NCBI GenBank assembly: GCA_030141605.1
Contig: JAQGDQ010001305.1
Span: 1 to 48,346, forward strand
Direction: 5' to 3'
Length of the DNA stretch: 48,346 bases
From: Tubiluchus corallicola
Lineage: Eukaryota; Animalia; Priapulida
A program made the position numbers and the translations under genes. Under the pieces are notes generated by a model. It worked only from the letters and a program-made list of their open reading frames with translations, was not told the DNA's origin and ran no database searches. Shown piece after piece: positions 23,524-34,686 of this stretch (positions are counted from its first letter, which is position 1; each line of letters begins with the position of its first letter).

Positions 23524-24816
23524 AAAATGCTAAAATCTGTAACGGGGCGCTGGTCGATATCCGTCGCATCGTAAACTCGCTTGACTGTGAAACCTTCGCT
23601 AAGATATCCCTTATTATCTATCCACCGATTTGTTAAACGTGCAAAAATTTCACATCAGATTTTTTTGTTTTTTAATGTTCTCTCTATGTCCACTGCAGTA
23701 TTTTTTGTGGTATTTAACTTTTCTTTTTGTTCAAAGTAGTAACCTACGATACACTGCTTATATAGACATGGAGATTTATTTGTTCTTAAATAATGTGTCA
23801 CGAATTTGTTACAAATAATGTCACACATTATTAAACTAGTAGTACTAGTAGTACTACTACTAGTAGTATTATGCCTCAATAAACACGAATTATAAAGTGT
23901 TAAAATGTAAACCTTTGGCTTTAGGACTACGTAATTATTTCTTTCCTTCAGACCTAAATAATTATTTTCTTTATGTTTAACTGTTACTTAATAAGCTGAC
24001 CTTTGGCGCTATTACACTTTCGCACCTCCTATTTTTTTCTAGGTTATTACTCGTTTCTAGGCTAGTTGGTCATTATTCTATTATTCTCACGTCATCAGTG
24101 AATGTTTCCGCTAGTCTCGTGGTAATTTACTCATATATTTAGTGTATAATTACCCATAATTACGTTGTATTCGTAATAGCAAACAGTGCTAAAAAGGTTA
24201 TAAAAGTTGTCTTGTCAAGTGGAATGATTACAACATTGCAGCGAATGACCACAGATTTATACCTGTTTCTGGTGTGTGCAAACAGCTGGGTGGTCACTGT
24301 TCATTGTGTGTGCTTAGTGATTGCAAAGTTAGGCATGTCAGAGTTTTTCTACCGATGTCCTGGCATTTAAATTTTTAAACACCCAAATGAATAAGCCCTA
24401 ACTTAAAAACTACTGCTTTATTGCGTTACCAATTTGTGAAAATATTTTAAATTATTAATAATCTTCTTTTCTAGTTACATGAAACTCTCTAGCAGGTAAG
24501 CGAAAATCTAGGTAATATAGATTTGCACGGAAAGTCTTTTGAGATATAATTTAACATTGCCTTTTCTTCCCTTCATTTACGTTTGGTACATGACGTCATG
24601 TAATGGCGACTTCGGAACAGTATTGTGGGAGATTTAAAATGAAAACAAACTAAAATTCCTTTCAGTGCGAGTAAGATATACGCATAAAATTGCTATAAAG
24701 TTATATAATTTTTTAAGGCAATTTTTCTGAAACCTAGTTCAGGTACCCCTTTTCTTGTCCTTAAAGTGTATTTTAATAGATGCAGTTTTTTCCTGATTGT
24801 AGAGTTCAAGGTCATC

Positions 24817-24995
24817 ATGAAAGAGGTCAAGGTCATGATGAAGGCGACAAAAAAGAACTTGTTCACAAAGAAAAGTAAGAAGGAGATGCGAATTTTACGA
24901 AAGGCGCAGTTTGATGTGAGATCGGGAATGTTGGGAGCTTCCGTTGACGACAGCGAGCTGCTTCAATCAGTAAAGGAACACGATTCTTTCTTTAG
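24817..24995 (+). CDS. SURF6: Surfeit locus protein 6 (Rrp14-like), coding exon 1
   Basis: MKEVKVMM...LLQSVKEHDSFFR; AG|GTCAGC donor, phase 2; HDSFFREMVDLL across the junction resembles the Rrp14 N-terminal motif. CDS join(24817..24995,28692..28759,29568..30631) = 436 aa. Confidence 0.7.
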
Positions 24996-25023
24996 GTCAG
25001 CTATATACTTTTGTAATTTAATC

Positions 25024-25543
25024 CAGGGATGAGAATTTTCCGCGGATACGTGGAATTCCGAGTTTTTGGAAGACCAGTAGTGCCATTTTTCTAAATCGCG
25101 TAAATTCGTTGAGAAAATTTTTACGGACCCAGTACATCATTTCACAAGCTGACCGCTAGTTGGCAGGCCGTCACTTTGTTTACATCACGTACATCAGTGT
25201 AACCACGTGTATATCTCTATGTATAAAAATATAGAATCAATTGTGCGGAGTTATTTGAGTCAATTGCAGGCAGTTTTTATATACTTTTGCATAGGAGCGG
25301 CCAGGCGTTTTTGAGACAATTAGGTATCATGTATCCTTGATAGTTGGGTATTTTAAATTATGCATGAAACAAGGTAATTGATATTTTAAGTCCACTTAGA
25401 GGCTCTCTATGGTCACAAAATTGCAAATTTGTTGCTGGCTCCAAAGGGGCTTTGCCCCCTTGAACCGGGGGACGGGGGGCTACACGGCCCCCAAACCACC
25501 GACCTGTTTCAGAGTTTTTTGCAATTTGTCATTCTCATCCCTG
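25024..25543. mobile_element. hAT-type MITE, TIR CAGGGATGAGAAT
   Basis: CAGGGATGAGAAT ... ATTCTCATCCCTG perfect 13-bp inverted repeat; TSD degenerate. Confidence 0.75.
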
Positions 25544-25613
25544 GTTTTGTCCTCACTAGTGCCTGCAGTCATTTACTTTATCTGTTTGATTATTGACTTT
25601 TTTGTAACATTAA

Positions 25614-26151
25614 AGGAAAACCGGACGATTGTTTAGACTCAATCTCATCGTCCGAATTAATTTACCGTCCAAAATATACATTGTCTATAAAAGTTAACAA
25701 TTGTTCCTTATATTTGAATAACTAGCTTAGAAAGTTAGTTAACGGCAACTGAGCACAGCTGTTGCTTACGTCAGAAACTAACCACAGTTTGTGCAATGGC
25801 AAGCATCTTCCCTTGTGCGTCAGGCACATTTGCATAAGTGTTACTGTACTGTTTAAACGCATCATATCAGGAAAAAGGGGCTCTACATCATATGACGTCA
25901 GAAACTAATACTGCAGTTCATGATCATGCTTATCACGCCTGCTATTTGTCGGCCACACGAATGTGACAAAAAGGCACCGCTGCCAATCTTAGTAGATTCA
26001 CTGAGCCGCGCGTAGCTTTGAAAGTTTAGCAAAATGTGAGTATCCGAGGTAATTATTATTTAATCTAAACTTTGATTTAAAAAAAGCTATTGTAGTTTTG
26101 AATATTATATTTTATTTTGAACTCGTGTTTACACAATCATCCGGTTTTCCT
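25614..26151. mobile_element. Kolobok-like MITE, family B, TTAA TSD
   Basis: TTAA|AGGAAAACCGGACGATTGTTTAGAC ... GTTTACACAATCATCCGGTTTTCCT|TTAA (25-bp TIR, 3 mismatches). Confidence 0.85.
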
Positions 26152-26544
26152 TTAAATTTCTCATCTTTTAACGAGTGTGCATATTTAGGAATCCTAGTTT
26201 TTAATTGTGTTTTTACGTGAAGAACTATACCGTTGCAAAGTCAAATTTGGAAAAATCAAACTCGATTTGTAATTAGTGTCATTTTCAGAATAAGCAAATT
26301 TCAAATTCGATTAACCAAACTCAATTTTGGAATAATCGACATCATTTTCGGAAGAAACAATTTCAAATTTGCTATACTGTGTAAGGGAGTACCTTATACC
26401 CGAGGATCACTGTAGTTTACAACAGTGGAAGCGACTGGTGAGAATATGTCAAGAGTGCGGTCATCAAAACATCAACTGCCCAAGATTGAATCAATTGAAG
26501 AGAAGAATGATAATATATATATCTGTGTGTGTATGTGTATGTCT

Positions 26545-27080
26545 CAAATCACGTTGAAAACACCGGTTCTCGTCTGATCACCAAAGTTAAGCAATGTAGA
26601 GCCTGGTTAGTACTTGGATGGGTGACCGCCTAGGAATACCAGGTGCTGTAGGCTTGCGGGTTGCCCACACTGTATCTCGAAACTAGGCGGAGGAGCTGCA
26701 CAGGCAGCCAACGGCTAGAGGGCAGAGGAGGTCAAGTGACCCAACAGGCCATGTGTAGAGGAGTAAACCTTCCAAATCAGGAGAGGAGCCCCGAAGGCGG
26801 ACCAGTGCAGCATGCTCACTGACTCCGGCAGCTTCTGCAGCCAACCTGGTGCCAAACGTATCGCTCCGCTTTCCTTTGCACTACACCAGGGAGGAAGAGA
26901 GGGGGTTCCTGCAGTCTGGGCAACTCAGGATCTCCATACACCTTGTCCAGGCGTGCGCCCTGGAGACGTTCAAAAATCGGACTGCTCAGCCACAGTCGAC
27001 GCTGCAGCTCCATCAATGTGATCAATGACTCTCTTGGCTCACACTCCATTGTCTTCCGAGACAGAAGGATGCCAACCAAC
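26545..27080 (+). mobile_element. 5S-rRNA-derived SINE (SINE3-type) with RTE-like body/tail, 536 bp, 12-bp TSD
   Basis: 5S head at 26548-26655 with no oligo-T terminator; TSD ATGTGTATGTCT at 26533-26544 and 27081-27092; tail shared with 16235-16371. Confidence 0.85.
26548..26655 (+). pseudogene. 5S rRNA-derived sequence (SINE head), lacking the first ~10 nt
   Basis: ATCACGTTGAAAACACCGGTTCTCGTCTGATCACCAAAGTTAAGC...GGTTAGTACTTGGATGGGTGACCGCCTAGGAATACCAGGTGCTGTAGGCTT matches invertebrate 5S rRNA including the box A and box C regions. Confidence 0.9.
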
Positions 27081-27574
27081 ATGTGTATGTCTGTGTTTTT
27101 TGATAAATGTCTGACGATGCCAATTTTGTAATGATGCCTGCCACCCATTTGTTATCACCATTCTTCTGCTTAATTGATTCAATCTTGGGCAGTTGATGTT
27201 CTTTCCATGTGAACACTTTCCTTTAGTGTAGTGTAGTGTACCCAATACAATCATTTCCTCTCCTTTAAAAATAGCTACTAAACAATATAAGATATTTTTA
27301 CTTAGTAAATATTCATTGGCATAGAAAACCAGAGGTTTTTTCTCTTGTAAATATTCATTGGCATAGAAAACCAGAGGTTTTTTCTCTTTTTTGTGCACGG
27401 GTGTCTTTTTGCACTAATGTTTTTCTTTTACTAATAGGTATCATTACGACTTTTGTTACTTTATTAGTAAAAGGTATAAATCAATTTAAATGAAATTATT
27501 CATTCATCGCAGCCTATATCAAAATCGTAATTACATATTATGTTTTCGTTATGTTTCCTTGCTATTATTACATC

Positions 27575-28525
27575 ATTTACTTTATTACATCAATTTCATT
27601 AAGTCATCTACAAAAGCATGCATAACTATAATCATTTTTTCATTTAAGTAAGGTGAGTGTGTTAATGACCGTATGGTCGTACACTCACCTCGCACTACTC
27701 AAATTATTACATCACTTACTTCATCCTTATTTACATTAAGTTATCTACAGAAGCATGCATAACTATAATCATTTTTTCATTTAAGTAAGGTGAGTGTGTT
27801 AATGACCGTATGGTCGTACACTCACCTCGCACTACTCAAATTATTACATCACTTACTTCATCCTTATTTACATTAAGTTATCTACAGAAGCATGCATAAC
27901 TATAATCATTTTTTCATTTAAGTAAGGTGAGTGTGTTAATGACCGTATGGTCGTACACTCACCTCGCACTACTCAAATTATTACATCACTTACTTCATCC
28001 TTATTTACATTAAGTTATCTACAGAAGCATGCATAACTATAATCATTTTTTCATTTAAGTAAGGTGAGTGTGTTAATGACCGTATGGTCGTACACTCACC
28101 TCGCACTACTCAAATTATTACATCATTTACTTCATCCTTATTTACATTAAGTTATCTACAGAAGCATGCATAACTATAATCATTTTTTCATTTAAGTAAG
28201 GTGAGTGTGTTAATGACCGTATGGTCGTACACTCACCTCGCACTACTCAAATTATTACATCATTTACTTCATCCTTATTTACATTAAGTTATCTACAGAA
28301 GCATGCATAACTATAATCATTTTTTCATTTAAGTAAGGTGAGTGTGTTAATGACCGTATGGTCGTACACTCACCTCGCACTACTCAAATTATTACATCAC
28401 TTACTTCATCCTTATTTACATTAAGTTATCTACAAAAGCATGCATAACTTTAATAATTTTTTCATTTAAGTAAGGTGAGTGTGTTAATGACCGTATGGTC
28501 GTACACTCACCTCGTACTACTCAAA
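27575..28525. repeat. 137-bp satellite, 7 copies, each with a 40-bp hairpin
   Basis: AGGTGAGTGT at 27651, 27788, 27925... period 137; near-identical units. Confidence 0.96.
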
Positions 28526-28691
28526 TCATTTTATTTATTGTTTATTAATGTGTACAATATTGTATTTTTTGATGTGTGAAAAATAAATTCATAGTTCATA
28601 GTTCTTTACGACAAGCTTATTTACAATGTTGAGCCGTTTATTTTGTCAAATTCATGAATTGCTATTAATTCAAATTTTTTTTGCTTTCTAG

Positions 28692-28759
28692 GGAAATGGT
28701 GGACTTGCTTCGTACGTCTCATAAGTACAAGCCCGAAGGACGACAATCTAAAGCAAAAG
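28692..28759 (+). CDS. SURF6: SURF6 coding exon 2 (EMVDLLRTSHKYKPEGRQSKAK)
   Basis: TTTTGCTTTCTAG acceptor, AAG|GTTAAT donor, 68 bp, phase 2 to 1 fits both neighbours. Confidence 0.7.
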
Positions 28760-29019
28760 GTTAATATTTAGAGAGAGAACGGGCAAATTGTGGGCTCTTT
28801 TTTGAGTTTTTGTTGTTGTTTCTCTCCTTCATCTTTTCCTTAGATGTCTCCGCCGAAGTGTCGGGTCATTTTTAAACACAAATCTACACAGGCTAATATT
28901 ATCGCTTATTTCATTTAAAATGACAAAGCCAGATTTTTAAAAAATAAAATTTACGAAATATTTGCTTGACATGTGTGAAGTATGGTTGATTTTTGGCTGT
29001 AGAACACCTTACCCTGTAT

Positions 29020-29503
29020 CAGGGGTGTGCAAATTGTGGCCCGCCGAGAGAATTTGTGCGGCCCGTGAACAGATTTGTCAACCTAATGAAAGTGCGGCCC
29101 GGGCGATTAATTGAGTGTATCCAGCTGAAGTCCGTGCCACGATCCCAAAGATAGTGCAGGTAGTTTTTCTACTAGATCGGGTGCCATTAACCCTTACAAG
29201 ATGGTTGTAGCTTAATGTCACTGTACTACACAGACTGTGTGATACACATTACTAATATGCATTGTAATGAAATTACCACTATCTGTCCTGAAAGTAGAGA
29301 AATATATGGTTTGTAATATAAATATTAATAACTTCTAAAATAATTTCTTGAGTGTAGTAGTAATGATGTACGCAGGTCGGATGCATAAAAAATCGTTATT
29401 AGGCCTTTCTGTACTTGGCTCCTTGATCAAACTACCTGTGGCCCGCAGGAATTGTGGGAAAGTTTAATGTGTCCCGGCTAGTCAGATAATTTGCACACCC
29501 CTG
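29020..29503. mobile_element. hAT (Charlie-like) MITE, TIR CAGGGGTGTGCAAATT
   Basis: 16-bp perfect TIR; near-identical copy at 38599-39081. Confidence 0.85.
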
Positions 29504-29567
29504 TTGTATCTCAACTGATTGAATATTGATTGAATATTATCGATTGAATGTTGTTTTATTTATTTAG

Positions 29568-30631
29568 AAAAGGAGATAAATGAACCTGGCAAAGTAAACA
29601 AGCGCGAAAGACGAAAGCAGCTAAAGAGGGAGAAAAAGAGAGAAAAAACCTCCGCTAACGTCGACGTGGCTAAAAGTAAGAAGATCAAAAGTGCAACGTT
29701 AAGCGAAGATAGTAAACAAACTGTGCATGCGACGAATCAGAACGGTGAAAGTGTTGATCATGAACACGTGAATGGGGTGAATGTACCAGGCGATGTCTTG
29801 AAACAAAAGTCTGATAAAAGAGATAAGAAAATCAAGAAAGAGAAGAAAAATAAACTGCTGCATACTGCAAACGATGCTCTAGAAAACACGAATGTAACTA
29901 AGAATGTTCGGAATGAATCTGACGTAAATCCACGGGCAAAAATAAAGAAAAAATGTGCTGAACTTGATAAAAGTGGTAAAAAGAAGCAAATATCTTCTAG
30001 TGACACAGACAGCGTTGGTGAATTTGCGCATGAAAATAGGTCGACTGATTCAATGAAAGAAGGAAAAATGAAACTAACTTTAGAAGAGATTGGTGATAAA
30101 AACTGTAAAGTGAAACCATCGGCTTCTAAAAAAGTGAAAACTAAGCATGTTGTTGACAAAAAACATGAGCAGACGGATGAGCTCAGTCGGAACGACATAC
30201 TGCAATTTAGTCGGTTCGATTTTGACGAACCTAAAAAGGATAAACAGGTCGGAAAGGATTTCAAACGAATGTTGGAGAAACTGGAGACAAAGAAACGGAA
30301 ATTAGAATTGCTGCGCAACTCTAACGATGGTGCTGCTGTTACCATGGAGTCGTCTATGCAGTGGCGGGGCGCCATCGAGAAAGCGGAAGGAAAGAAAGTG
30401 CGAGATGACGAGGAATTGTTGAAAAAGGCCGTGAAAAAGAAGGCACAGTTAAAAAAGAAGACAAAGAAACAGTGGAAAAAAAGGACGGGTGATGTGGCTA
30501 GAAAAATGGAAGCTCGCCAGAAGAAACGTCAGGCGAATGTTAGAGAGAGGAAACGAGCTAAAACTAAAAAGAAAATCTCGAGAGCGATAAAGAAAGGAAG
30601 AATTCTTCCGGAATTGAAGAACATGTCATGA
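29568..30631 (+). CDS. SURF6: SURF6 last coding exon, containing the SURF6 domain
   Basis: TTTATTTAG acceptor, phase 1, in frame with ORF 29666; LQFSRFDF, W..AIEKAEGKKVRDDEELLKKAVKKK, KQWKKR, RQKKRQANVRER, KKGRILP are SURF6/Rrp14 C-terminal motifs; AATAAA at ~30669. Confidence 0.93.
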
Positions 30632-30747
30632 CATGACAGTAAATAACCGTTTTTAAGAGAATGTGTCGAATAAATGAAATATTTTTGAGTTTCCTTTTCA
30701 CATCTGCTTTGCAAATAATGGGTGGTACTTATATAATGTGGTAAAAG

Positions 30748-31050
30748 TGACACATTGGAAAGTGTGACACAATCTGACAGTTGTATTATTAATAGTCTTC
30801 AGTTGTCTTGTGTTACTAAGAGAGACACAGTGGAAAGTTTGACACAATCTGACAGTTATATTATTAATAGTCTTCAGTTGTCTTGTGTTACTAAGAGAGA
30901 CACATTGGAAAGTGTGACACAATCTGACAGTTGTATTATTAATAGTCTTCAGTTGTCTTGTGTTACTAAGAGAGACACAGTGGAAAGTGTGACACAATCT
31001 GACAGTTATATTATTAATAGTCTTCAGTTGTCTTGTGTCGCTAAGAGAGC
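30748..31050. repeat. 75-bp tandem repeat, 4 copies in ABAB alternation
   Basis: GACACA(T/G)TGGAAAGT..ACACAATCTGACAGTT(G/A)TATTATTAATAG..; explains 25-aa periodic ORFs. Confidence 0.93.
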
Positions 31051-31071
31051 TTAAAGTGGCTTTTTGTGATA

Positions 31072-31855
31072 CAGTGAGCATCGCTTAATAGACTCACAGT
31101 TAATAGGCTCAATCGCTTAATTGACTAAAAAATGCCTGGTACGGGCCGCTTCTATTCAAATGTACAGAAAAACTGTCGGTAATTGACTCAAATAACTTCA
31201 CATAATTGACTCAATATTTTTGCTTTACATGCTTCAATAAGACACTTTTGTATGACAAATTAGCTTTTATGACTTTTATATCATCTTAGTTTGCTTTTGT
31301 CCTATAATACACATAGAAACAATCATGTTAAGTATCGTTTTGTCTGTAAGCTAGAACATTAGCTAATAGGGTAGCCTAATGGTTTGCTTTGATTCGCCCT
31401 TCCACTGCAGTTGACCTCGTTATCCAAGAATTCATGGAAGCTAAACATTTAATCACTTGCTTAGCGGTTTGCTTTTGAAGCTCTGGTTGTCTTTGCCAGA
31501 AATTTTAGTCAGTTAGATGTTCTAGTTAGGTTGTACGAAGTTACTTGGGGGGGGGGGGTACATGGGTACCACCAACAGTTTAAGCGCTTACACTGTAGTT
31601 TCGAAAAGTAAACTTTTTAATTTATTGCTAATTCACTTATATAAATTAATATTTTAAAATGTTTTTTTCTAATTTTTAACTGCAGAAAGGAATTTAGGCA
31701 TTACTTATTTCCTAAAATTCATTGAAAACCTTTGCAATGCACAGTAAGCTGATGACTCATACTTCTATAGCAGTAATACTACACCCATCGGTTTATAGGT
31801 TCAGTCGGTCAAATCACTTCGGTCCCAAAGTGAGTCTATTAAGTGGTGCCTACTG
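31072..31855. mobile_element. Tigger/pogo-like non-autonomous element, TA TSD
   Basis: TA|CAGTGAGCATCGCTTAATAGACTCAC ... GTGAGTCTATTAAGTGGTGCCTACTG|TA. Confidence 0.8.
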
Positions 31856-33682
31856 TATCGTCCTTTTAACATGAAACCTAAGTGGTTTTGTCTAGTTTTT
31901 TTTGCATTAAATATATAGTGATATTCATTAATTGTCTTTCAGTTTTTGCAATTTTATTATCGGTTTTGAATAGGCTGTTTTAGGTTAAGCACAAGTTTCA
32001 TGATATGGAACTCTTATTATTTGCATGAAGGCCTGGATCACTGGAGACATGATGTCTAATCACATTGTCTGATAACATTGACATTGTATTGCTTGTCATG
32101 CCTCTAGTTTGAACATTTGGGCTTTTGCATGTCACTTGTGGGCACATACGATCTGATATTTAAACAAATTGCAGTGTTATGTTGAGCGAACACTTAACAA
32201 TATTATACTGAGATGTGTTGCCAGTCAAATATCTTAAAAAGACAACAAGTTATAATGTTTCCGCCTTGCTGATGATTGCCTTTGCTATGTATCAAGCTTA
32301 ATAGTACCAAGCTAACTGGATACATAGTAAAGACAACTACCCTTAGCAATACCAGTATATGCACCACTGTAGTCGCCGAAGAACACCAATATCGATATAC
32401 ACCAGTATTAATAAAATTAGTCATGGTAAACTGCTTTTTAGACTAGTGAGTGTCCTACAATATATGCTATAATATCATTGCCATTTTATTTATACTCACG
32501 ATAATGTAACTGTCACTTCCACCATTAATGATTACAGAGGATAAAAATTTTAGAATGAATTTTTAAGTTGTTGAAACAGACTGGCATCGATCTGCACGTA
32601 GTTAGCTGATACAAGCAATAGATTGTACTGGTTGCCTTAATAGTGCTATAATTAGTCAAACTGTGCTTATATTTGCAGACATGTTCCTATGGGCAAATTT
32701 TCAATGTTGGCAAAAGATGTGTATTATTCAGTTACAAAAACAAATACAAACATAAACTCAGCAGCTGCATGTCTGTAATTGAGTGAGTGCAGCAAGTTGG
32801 GTTGGGTTGCTGACCACTGTATGTTGCTTTTGGTCGAGTGTTGCATAACTGTTGTCGTATTTGATACGATTTCATTAACTATTTGAAGCCGACAAAAATA
32901 ACGAAATAATAATATTAATTGATAACTGTTTTCGTTACTCATTAGTCGTTACCCGCTAGTGCAAAATTTCGGTGTTGGTGGAATTTCCAATTGGTCGTGG
33001 TTGCTATCTTGGCTCGAGACCATAGATGTAGCTTTACTAACTGCGTTGTTTTAAAGGTTGTTGTTATTGAATATTGCCTTTTCTGAAAAAAATCCGAATT
33101 TACACGTGTTAAACAAATAACGCTGTAAACTTCTGTTGTTTGTCAAAATGTCACTGAAAGAAGATGTTTGCATTATTCTTATTACCTTTATTTTAAGGTG
33201 TGTGATGTTTGTTGCTAGTATAGGTGTAACTTTGTGCATTTATACGCAGTTAATATGACGGATATTTTCTACATCATGCTTCCAATAATGCTTTGCCTGT
33301 TCTGCTCTGGATTTATGATTCAGAGTGTACGCGTGTTTATTCTTTAGTAAACATAATTTGCAGACACTAGTAATAGTAACAGTGTGAATTTAGTGGCAAA
33401 TGAACATAGGATCATTATCCCATTTGATGCAGAAAAAAATTGCTGAAAAATGCTAAAAAAATTTAACTAATGTCCTTTGCCGCACCTTCCCATTTGTTTG
33501 ATGTTTTTAATATATACCTGTTTTTCTGTGTATTGTTATTGGTCAGAAAAATAAATGATTTGATTTGATTTGCTGTAGCCACACGCACCAGGGTTTGCTA
33601 TTTTAAAAAAATGAATTATTTGTTAAATGTCCGTTTTCTTATTGTAATGTCACAGCATTTTTAGCATTATGAAGACCTTTAA

Positions 33683-34686
33683 ATGAAGACCAGATGATTG
33701 TTTAGACTCAATCTCATTTTAATTTACTGTCCAAAATATACATTTTCTTGCCTGTAAAAGTTAACAATTGTTCCTTATATTTGAATAATTAGCCTAGAAA
33801 GTTAATTAACGGCAACCGAACACTGCTATTGCTTACGTCAGAAACTAACCACACTTTGTGCAAGAACACGCATCTTCTCTTGTGCATCAAGCACATTTGC
33901 ACAAGTGTTACAGTACTGCTTAAATGCGTGATGTCACGAAAAATGGGCTTTACATCATATGACGTCAGAAACTAACATAGCAGTTGATGATCATGGTTAT
34001 CACGGTACCGCCTTCTATTTATCGGCCATGCGCGCGCGACAAAAAGGCGCCGCTGCCAATCTTAGTTTTGGTTTGGTTTGTTTGGTTGGGTTTTTTTTTT
34101 TTTGTTTGTTTTGTGTTTTGTTTTTGGTTTTTTTTTGTGTTTTTGGTTTTTTTGTTGTTGGTTGGGGTTGTTTTGTTTTGGTGGGTGTGTTTTTGGTTTT
34201 TTGGGCTAGTTCTTCACTGTTACCTGCATTTTGCCATTTGCTAGTTAGATGGGCACTAGCACCTGAATTTAAAAAAATTCTGTGCATAAAAAACAGGCAT
34301 TGTACCTCTCAGTTCAGATGTGTTAGTTTGTGACGAACTACACACGTTCGACAGCTCGTGCGTGAGCACAGCAGTAAATTTTAAATTTGAATTTTTATCT
34401 CAGAACTTGCCTAGTTTTAGTACAACACACTAACTATCTTACAGTAGCACTGTACTTCAATTTTTGCTTTCGCAAACACGTGCAACATGCTCGTGGAATA
34501 TTTTTCCTGTTGAACATTATGTTAGTTTGTGATGTCATCAATAGTTGGGCTTGCCCGCCGTTAATTAGGTTTTTAATCTATTATTTAATTATCAAAAATG
34601 CTTTTGCAGCATTAATTGGGTTAAAATGTATACTTTCTTTTGGACTTGAACATGAAGTAGTATATGAAAAATCATCCTGTCTTCCT
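33683..34686. mobile_element. Kolobok-like family B, longer variant containing a GT-rich insert (~34063-34205); inverted partial copies at 39347-39820 and ~44170-44550
   Basis: TTAA|ATGAAGACCAGATGATT ... ATCATCCTGTCTTCCT|TTAA; first ~380 bp homologous to 25614-25993. Confidence 0.75.

Larger units (their letters stand above)
26468..27200. mobile_element. Small MITE (29-bp perfect TIR) interrupted by the 5S-derived SINE
   Basis: AACATCAACTGCCCAAGATTGAATCAATT (26468-26496) vs AATTGATTCAATCTTGGGCAGTTGATGTT (27172-27200). Confidence 0.75.

Noticed and set aside
23521-23575. MRRISTSAPLQILAFL as the first exon of FAM210A
   Set aside because: The putative donor lies inside the terminal repeat of the hAT MITE, and no intervening DUF1279 exon was found
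26548-26655. Functional 5S rRNA gene
   Set aside because: 5' end missing, several substitutions, no oligo-T terminator, and embedded in a TSD-flanked retroposon
27575-28525. CRISPR-like array of palindromic repeats
   Set aside because: Spacers are identical rather than unique, the context is a eukaryotic intron, and there are no cas genes
29758-30375. 205-aa antisense ORF
   Set aside because: Shadow of the Lys-rich SURF6 exon
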